Assembly (NCBI GenBank): GCA_963725865.1
Contig: CAVSAC010000019.1
Location: 1 to 64,000 of the forward strand
From: Candidatus Eiseniibacteriota bacterium
GTDB lineage: Bacteria > Eisenbacteria > RBG-16-71-46
Direction of reading: 5' to 3'
Length of the DNA: 64,000 nucleotides
Made by a program: the position numbers and the translations under genes
In this document: positions 58,029 through 64,000 of the stretch, piece by piece
Position numbering within the stretch: position 1 is the first letter of the stretch
Layout: every line of letters starts with the position of its first letter
The notes under the pieces: model-generated
Database searches by the model: none
Told to the model about the DNA's origin: nothing
Seen by the model: the letters and a program-made list of their open reading frames with translations, nothing else

Positions 58029-59155
58029 GCGCGGCCGGCACCCTCCGCCACCGCCGCCGGCGCGGCGCCGAGCGGGCGGGCGATCGGCGCGCCACCGAGC
58101 ACCCGGTCGCCGGCATAGAACACCGCGAGCTGGCCCGGCGTCACCGCGCTCTGCGGCGTCTCGAAGCGCACCTCGACCGTGCCGTCCGCGCGCGGGAACA
58201 GCGTCGCCGGCGCGGGCCGGTGCTGGTAGCGGATCTTCACCTCGGCCGCCTGTCCGGCGGGCGGCGGCGCCGGCAGCAGCCAATTGACGGTACCGGTGAC
58301 GAGGCCGGGCGCACCGAGCGCCGCCCGGGGCCCGACCGTGACGCGGTTCGCGGCGGCGTCGATCGCGATCACGTAGAGCGGCTCGGCGGCCGCCAGCCCG
58401 AGTCCGCGCCGCTGGCCGACCGTGTAGTGCAGCACGCCGCGATGGGTGCCGAGCGGCGCGCCGTCGAGTCCGACGAACGCGCCGGGGGCGGTGCCGCGCG
58501 TCTCGCCGAGCACGCGGGTCGCGTAGCCGGCGTAGTCGCCGTCGGGCACGAAGCACAGGTCCTGGCTCTCGGGCTTGTCCCACAGCGTGAGCCCGAGCCG
58601 GCGCCCGTGCGCGCGCACCGCGTCCTTGGCGAGCGAGCCGAGCGGGAACATCACGCGCGGCAGCACCGCGTAGGGAATGAGCGCGAGCGCGTACGACTGG
58701 TCCTTGGATGTATCGGCGGCGCGGAACAGCCCCCAGCCGTCGTCGGTGCGCGCGACCCGCGCGTAGTGGCCGGTCGCCAGCGCGTCGGCGCCGATCAGCC
58801 CCATGCGCTCGACCAGGTCGCCGAACTTGAGGTGCTGGTTGCACAGCGCGCAGGGATACGGCGTGCGCCCGCCCGCGTAGGCGTCGAGGAACGGCTGCAG
58901 CACGCGCGTGCGGAACACCTCCTCGGCCTCCACCACGAAGTGCGGGAAGCCCATGGTGCGCGCCACTCCCTGCGCGTCGGCGATGGCGTCGAGCGTGCAG
59001 CAGGCGCGCGGGCTCGCGGGCCCGCTGCCGTAGCACCACAGCTTGAGCGTCACGCCGGTGACGTCGTGGCCCTGCTCGGCGACCAGCGCCGCGGCCACGC
59101 CCGAGTCGACGCCGCCGCTCATGGCGACCAGCACGCGCCGGCGCGCCTCGCTCAC
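58025..59155 (-). CDS. mnmA: tRNA 2-thiouridine(34) synthase
   Basis: AMSGGVDS, TPYPCALCN, ATGHY, KDQSY, ESQDLCF, YTVGQRRG, TPGQ. Confidence 0.96.
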   Translation of the reverse strand: MSEARRRVLVAMSGGVDSGVAAALVAEQGHDVTGVTLKLWCYGSGPASPRACCTLDAIADAQGVARTMGFPHFVVEAEEVFRTRVLQPFLDAYAGGRTPYPCALCNQHLKFGDLVERMGLIGADALATGHYARVARTDDGWGLFRAADTSKDQSYALALIPYAVLPRVMFPLGSLAKDAVRAHGRRLGLTLWDKPESQDLCFVPDGDYAGYATRVLGETRGTAPGAFVGLDGAPLGTHRGVLHYTVGQRRGLGLAAAEPLYVIAIDAAANRVTVGPRAALGAPGLVTGTVNWLLPAPPPAGQAAEVKIRYQHRPAPATLFPRADGTVEVRFETPQSAVTPGQLAVFYAGDRVLGGAPIARPLGAAPAAVAEGAGRA

Positions 59156-60306
59156 GCGGCCCCTCCCGCGCCCGCCAGCGCGCGCGCCGCCCGCAGCGCG
59201 TCGGCGATCACCGCCAGCGCCTGCTCGATCTCGGCCGCGGTGGTGGTGCGCCCGAGCGAGAACCGCAACGCGCACACCGCCAGCTCGCGCGGCACCGCCA
59301 TCGCGCTCAGCACCGGCGAGGGCTCGACCGCCCCGCTCGCGCACGCCGCTCCGGCCGAGACCTCGACCCCGCGCGCGTCGAGCGCCATCAGCAGATGATC
59401 GCTGCGCGCGCCGGGGAACGACGCGTTCACGGTGTTCGGCAGCCGCCGCACCCGCGCCCCGTGCACCACCAGGTCGGGCGCCAGCGTCGCGAGGCCGGCC
59501 TCGAAGCGCTCGCGCAGCGCCGTCAGCCGCGTGCCCTCGGCGGCCAGCTCGCGCGCGGCCAGCTCGGCGGCGACGCCGAAGCCGACGATGCCGGGCAGGT
59601 TCTCGGTGCCGCCGCGGCGGCCGCGCTCGTGGCCGCTGCCGCGGAACAGCGGCTCGTACGGCGCGCCCTCGCGCACCACCAGCGCGCCGATGCCCTTCGG
59701 CCCGCCGAGCTTGTGCGCCGAGAGCACCAGGTAGTCCGCGCCGAGTGCCGCCGCATCGACCGCGATCTTGCCCGCCGCCTGTACCGCGTCGCAGTGCAGG
59801 CGCAGGTCGTGGGCGCGCGCACGCGCCGCCAGCGCCTGGATCGGCTGCACCACGCCGGTCTCGTTGTTGGCGAGCATCACCGCGACCACCGTGCAGTCGG
59901 CCGGCAGCGCGTCGAGCGCCTCGGGCGCCACCCGGCCGTCGGCATCGACCGGCAGGTGCGAGACCGCCCAGCCGAGGCGCTCCAGCACCGCGGCCGCGCC
60001 GTGCACGGCGTGGTGCTCGACCGCCGAGATCGCGATCCGCCGCCCGCGCGTCTCGCGCGCCCACGCCGCCCCCACCACCGCCGCGTGGTCGCCCTCGGTG
60101 CCGCCGCTCGTGAACACCAGCTCGGCCGGGCGCGCGTTCACGAGGGCCGCGACCTGGGCGCGCGCGCGCTCGATGGCGGCGCGGGCGCGCTGCCCCTCGC
60201 GGTGCATGCTCGACGGGTTCGCCGGCAGCGACACCAGCGCCTCGCGCATGGCGTCGGCCACCTCGCTGCGCACCGGGGTCGAGGCGTTGTGGTCGAGGTA
60301 GATCAT
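59152..60306 (-). CDS. Cysteine desulfurase (IscS/NifS type)
   Basis: IYLDHNAST, NPSS, FTSGGTE, NNETG, SAHKLGGPKG, SAGAAC, LRFSLG. Confidence 0.94.
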   Translation of the reverse strand: MIYLDHNASTPVRSEVADAMREALVSLPANPSSMHREGQRARAAIERARAQVAALVNARPAELVFTSGGTEGDHAAVVGAAWARETRGRRIAISAVEHHAVHGAAAVLERLGWAVSHLPVDADGRVAPEALDALPADCTVVAVMLANNETGVVQPIQALAARARAHDLRLHCDAVQAAGKIAVDAAALGADYLVLSAHKLGGPKGIGALVVREGAPYEPLFRGSGHERGRRGGTENLPGIVGFGVAAELAARELAAEGTRLTALRERFEAGLATLAPDLVVHGARVRRLPNTVNASFPGARSDHLLMALDARGVEVSAGAACASGAVEPSPVLSAMAVPRELAVCALRFSLGRTTTAAEIEQALAVIADALRAARALAGAGGAA

Positions 60307-60414
60307 GACGGTCCTCCGCGGGACGTGCGCGGCGGCGGGTGGCGACGAGGCCCCGTCCGCGCGCCTCCGCGCGGCGGCCGGGGCCTCGGGGGCGCCCGCC
60401 GGGCGGGCGCGCGA

Positions 60415-61065
60415 CTAGGGCTGGCTGGGTGAGTCCAGGAACTTCTCGAGCACGTCGATGCTCTCGCGCGCGCTCACCGCCTCGGGCGACGCCGGCGCGA
60501 TGTCGACCACCTTGCGCCACATCCGGATCGCGTCGCGGTAGAGGCCGGCATCGGCGAACGCCACCCCCATCGTGAAGTACGCGCAGTAGGAGTTCGGCTT
60601 GTCGCGGACCACCTGGCGCAGCACGTTCATCGCCTCGTCGTAGCGGCCCATGCCGTAGATCGAGGACGCCTTGCGGCACATCGCGACCGAGTCGCCCGGC
60701 ACCAGCTTGAGCGCGCCGTCGTAGTACTGCTGCGCCATCTGCGGCTGGCCGGCGGCGTCGAACACCACTCCCACGTTCACCATCGTCTTCACGTCGGTGG
60801 GGCGCAGCGTGAGCGCCTTGACCAGCACCTTGGTGGCCTCGGTGTTACGGTCGCGATCCATGTACATCACGCCGAGGCGGTACAGGTTCTCGAAATTGCT
60901 GGAGTCCTTCGCGACCGCACGCTCGAGGATGGTGATGCTGTCCAGCACGGCGGCGGCCGGCTCGGTCTTGGTCGGCTTGTGGCCGGACGCGGTGACCTGG
61001 GCGTGCGCGGCAAGCGCCGCGAGCAGACTCACGACGACGACGAGGACCGGGACGAGACGCTTCAA
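60415..61065 (-). CDS. Exported TPR protein
   Basis: AGGAGG RBS, TTG start; signal peptide ending AHA; TPR helices. Confidence 0.85.
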   Translation of the reverse strand: MKRLVPVLVVVVSLLAALAAHAQVTASGHKPTKTEPAAAVLDSITILERAVAKDSSNFENLYRLGVMYMDRDRNTEATKVLVKALTLRPTDVKTMVNVGVVFDAAGQPQMAQQYYDGALKLVPGDSVAMCRKASSIYGMGRYDEAMNVLRQVVRDKPNSYCAYFTMGVAFADAGLYRDAIRMWRKVVDIAPASPEAVSARESIDVLEKFLDSPSQP

Positions 61066-61151
61066 GTGTCACCCTCCTGAGGGAGCCCAGACGTGAAATG
61101 CGGGCCCGATGGTACATCGGGGGCAGGGCCCGGCCAAGCGGGTGGGGCCGC

Positions 61152-62357
61152 CTAGCCGCGGGCGGCGCGCTCCAGCGCCTGCCGGAGGTCCGCCCACAGG
61201 TCGTCCACGTCCTCGACCCCCACTGAGACACGCACCAGGCCCTCGGGGATGCCCGCCTTGGCGCGCCCCTCGGCGCCGAGCTGGATGTGCGAGGTGTGTG
61301 TCGGCAGGGTGACCAGCGACTCCACGCCGCCGAGGCTGGGGCCCAACTTGAGCAGCCGCAGGGCCTCCACCAGCGTCTTCGCCGCCGGCGCGCCGCCGCG
61401 CACCTCGAACGACAGCAGCGGTCCGAATCCGTGCGCCATCTGGCGGGCCGCCAGCGCGTGGCTCGGGTGGGTGGGGAGCCCGGCGTAGAACACCTGCGCG
61501 ACCGCCGGGTGCGCGTGCAGCCGCTCGGCGATCGCGAGCGCGCCGGCGTTCGCAGCCTCGACCCGCAGCACCAGTGTCTTGAGGCTGCGCTCGATCTGCC
61601 ACGCCACGTCGGGGCCCGGCACCGCGCCGAACACCGCGCGCGCGCGCTGCACGGATTCCATCGCGGGTCGCGCGCCGAGCACCACGCCCGCCAGCAGGTC
61701 GCTGTGCCCGCCGATCGACTTGGTCGCGCTGTACATCACCAGATCGGCGCCCAGCGCGAGCGGGTGCTGGCCGATCGGCGAGGCCACCGTGTTGTCGACC
61801 GAGAGCTTGGCACCGTGCGCGTGCGCGAGCGCGGCGGCGGCGGCAAGGTCGACGACCTGCAGCGTGGGATTGGTCGGCGATTCGACGTGCAGCACGCGGG
61901 TGCGCGGCGTGAACGCCGCCGCCCAGGTCGCGGGCGCGCGGGCGTCCACCAGCGTGGTGGCCCAGCCGAGCCGCAGCGCGCCCCACTGGAGCAGACCGTG
62001 GGTGCCACCGTAGCACTGGTGGAGCGCGATGACGTGGTCGCCGGCCGCCAGGTTCGCCAGGAAGACCGCCGACAGCGCCGCCATGCCGGACGAGAACAGC
62101 AGCGCCTCCTCGGCGCCCTCGAGTCCCGCCAGCCGCTGCTCGCACGCCCGCAGGGTCGGGTGTCCGACGCGCTGGTAGAAGGCGCCCGCCGGGCCCCTGG
62201 CCTGCTCGGCCTCGAGCGCCGCGAGATCGGGGAACGAGAACGTGGCCGAGTGGACGATCGGGGTGCTCACCGCGCCGGGCTGCTCGCGATGGCTGCCGTG
62301 CACCACGCGGGTGCGCTCGGAGCGGACGGGATCGGGCGACGGATCGGGGCTGGGCAC
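61152..62357 (-). CDS. PLP-dependent transsulfuration enzyme (Cys/Met metabolism family)
   Basis: YQRVGHPT, FSSGMAA, ESPTNP, VDNT, SATKSIGGHSD, SLGGVESL, RVSVGVED; GGAGG then GTG. Confidence 0.93.
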   Translation of the reverse strand: MPSPDPSPDPVRSERTRVVHGSHREQPGAVSTPIVHSATFSFPDLAALEAEQARGPAGAFYQRVGHPTLRACEQRLAGLEGAEEALLFSSGMAALSAVFLANLAAGDHVIALHQCYGGTHGLLQWGALRLGWATTLVDARAPATWAAAFTPRTRVLHVESPTNPTLQVVDLAAAAALAHAHGAKLSVDNTVASPIGQHPLALGADLVMYSATKSIGGHSDLLAGVVLGARPAMESVQRARAVFGAVPGPDVAWQIERSLKTLVLRVEAANAGALAIAERLHAHPAVAQVFYAGLPTHPSHALAARQMAHGFGPLLSFEVRGGAPAAKTLVEALRLLKLGPSLGGVESLVTLPTHTSHIQLGAEGRAKAGIPEGLVRVSVGVEDVDDLWADLRQALERAARG

Positions 62358-62421
62358 GGAGACCTCCGGGCTGGCTTCCTGCGACCGCGATGGTCGGCTA
62401 GAGTCGCGGCCCACGCCCGCC

Positions 62422-63465
62422 ATGTCAACGGACCACCGGATCGACCCCGCGGCCGTCGAGCGCGTGCTGATGGTGCGGCCGCGCTTCCTCGGCGACATCT
62501 GCCTGACGCTGCCCGCGCTCGAGGCGGTGCGCGCCGCGTGCCCGCGCGCCCGGGTGGCGTACGTGCTCGAGCGCGAGAGCGCCCCGCTGCTGGAGGGCGA
62601 CCCGCGCATCGACACGCTGATCGTCGCGCCCCGCAAGCCCTCGGCGGGCGAGACGCTGGGGCTGATCGGCCGGCTGCGCGGCTTCGCGCCGCAGGTGGCG
62701 TTCGACTTCTTCTGCAACCCGCGCACGGCGGTGTGGACCGCGCTCTCGGGCGCGCGCGTGCGGGTCGGCGGCGCCGGCAAGGGCTGGCGCTCGGCGCTCT
62801 ACACCCACCACCCACTGCCACGCACGCTGTCGGCGATCGGGTTCCACCTGGCGTCGATCGAAGCGCTCGGCTGGCCCGCGCCGCACGGCGTGCCACGCCT
62901 GCACGTGGGTGACGCCGCGCGAGCCGAGGCGCGCGCGGCGCTCGACGCGCTCGAGGTCCCGCGCGAGGCGGCGCTGCTCGGCATGCACCCGGGCGCGCGC
63001 TGGCCCACGCGCCGCTGGGCGCCGGCGCGCTTCACCACGCTCGCCCAGGAGTTCCTTCGCGCCACGCCGGGCGGCGTGGTGCTGGTGACCGGCGGCCCCG
63101 GCGAGGAGGCGACGGTCGGCGCGGTGATCGAGGAGCTGCCGCGCCGGCGCTCGCGCGCGGTGACCGGCTGGCCGCTCGCGCGGTTCGTGGCGCTGCAGTC
63201 GCTGTGCGCCGCGTTCGTGTGCGGCGACACCGGGCCGCTGCACACCGCGGTCGCCGCCGGGTGCCCCACGCTCGGCCTGATGTCGCGCAACCGCCCCGCG
63301 ATGTTCTTCCCCTATCCCGCGCCGCACCGCGCGCACTACGCGCGCGTCGAGTGCAGCCCCTGCCACCGCGACACCTGCGACGACCTGCGCTGCCTCGAGC
63401 GCCTCACGGTCGAGGGCGCGTGGGCGCTGCTGCGGGAGATGCTCGCGGCGCGAGTGACTCACTGA
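62422..63465 (+). CDS. Glycosyltransferase family 9 (heptosyltransferase-like)
   Basis: LGDICL, HPGARWPTRRW, GDTGPLH, CSPC. Confidence 0.9.
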   Translation: MSTDHRIDPAAVERVLMVRPRFLGDICLTLPALEAVRAACPRARVAYVLERESAPLLEGDPRIDTLIVAPRKPSAGETLGLIGRLRGFAPQVAFDFFCNPRTAVWTALSGARVRVGGAGKGWRSALYTHHPLPRTLSAIGFHLASIEALGWPAPHGVPRLHVGDAARAEARAALDALEVPREAALLGMHPGARWPTRRWAPARFTTLAQEFLRATPGGVVLVTGGPGEEATVGAVIEELPRRRSRAVTGWPLARFVALQSLCAAFVCGDTGPLHTAVAAGCPTLGLMSRNRPAMFFPYPAPHRAHYARVECSPCHRDTCDDLRCLERLTVEGAWALLREMLAARVTH

Positions 63466-63562
63466 GCAGGGCGACGACGCGCAGCGGCCTTGGATCTCCG
63501 GGCCCCTCGCCCGCGACGTCTCCTGTGCTAACGTGCCGGCTCCCCTCGCACGGAGGTGCCCC

Positions 63563-64000
63563 ATGTCCCATCCCGTGGTGACGTTCACGTCGGACTTCGG
63601 CCTGCAGGACTGGTTCGTCGGCGTCGTGCACGGCGCCATCCTCGCGGTGTGCCCGAGTGCCCAGGTGGTCGACGTGACGCACGCCATTCCGGCCGGGCTG
63701 ATCGAGCGCGGCGCGTTCGTGCTCGAGACCGCGGCCCCCGACTTCCCGAGCGGCGCCGTGCACCTGGCGGTGGTGGATCCCGGCGTCGGCACTGATCGCC
63801 GCGCGCTCGCGGTGCGCGCCCACGGCCAGTTGTTCGTGGGGCCCGACAACGGCCTGCTCGAGTGGGCGCTCTCGGCGCCCGACGCGATCGCGTGTGCGCT
63901 GGTCGACGAGCGCTACTTCCGCACCCCGGTGAGCCGCACGTTCCACGCCCGCGACGTGTTCGCGCCGTGCGCCGCGCACCTGGCGGCCGGCGTGCCGCTC
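63563..64000 (+). CDS. SAM hydroxide adenosyltransferase / chlorinase-fluorinase family (DUF62), partial
   Basis: MSHPVVTFTSDFGLQD, VDVTHAI, VVDPGVGT.R, GPDNG, TFHARDVFAP; GGAGG RBS; runs off the window. Confidence 0.92.
   Translation, partial: MSHPVVTFTSDFGLQDWFVGVVHGAILAVCPSAQVVDVTHAIPAGLIERGAFVLETAAPDFPSGAVHLAVVDPGVGTDRRALAVRAHGQLFVGPDNGLLEWALSAPDAIACALVDERYFRTPVSRTFHARDVFAPCAAHLAAGVPL

Noticed and set aside
1..64000. CRISPR array or cas genes accompanying the CHAT-sigma module
   Set aside because: No repeat-spacer array or Cas motif was seen in any gap or ORF
63563..64000. True fluorinase/chlorinase
   Set aside because: Partial gene with no halometabolite context; most family members are SAM hydrolases

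Overview
High-GC bacterial chromosomal window. Five secreted proteins share a C-terminal 'PNP...DxxGRxV...G[VL]YF.RL' Ig-like tail (FlgD-Ig/T9SS-CTD-like), which suggests an FCB-group organism such as Ca. Eisenbacteria (inference). The left end holds the 5' half of tRNA-Ser(CGA) and a divergent Ser/Thr kinase pair. At 8.9-17.1 kb is a co-oriented minus-strand cluster: exported TPR-CHAT protease > ECF sigma > membrane anti-sigma > alpha/beta hydrolase > cytoplasmic trypsin-like protease/EndoG-type nuclease fusion. This is the best candidate for an undescribed system. The middle is mixed cargo: AKR, ferritin, signal-peptide NADAR, NYN, rhomboid, ABC permease-M1 peptidase, SemiSWEET and an amidohydrolase. 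At 46 kb an unannotated sigma54-type promoter precedes a ~100-nt structured RNA candidate. A tRNA-Ser/Ser/Arg cluster near tadA abuts a 2.7-kb decayed island flanked by a ~220-bp direct repeat made of the tRNA promoter plus the tRNA 5' half. The right end carries iscS-mnmA, a transsulfuration enzyme, a GT9 and a partial DUF62 gene. Several single-base frameshifts look like assembly errors. No CRISPR array, rRNA or intact transposase/integrase was seen. All calls come from reading motifs by eye; no searches were run.
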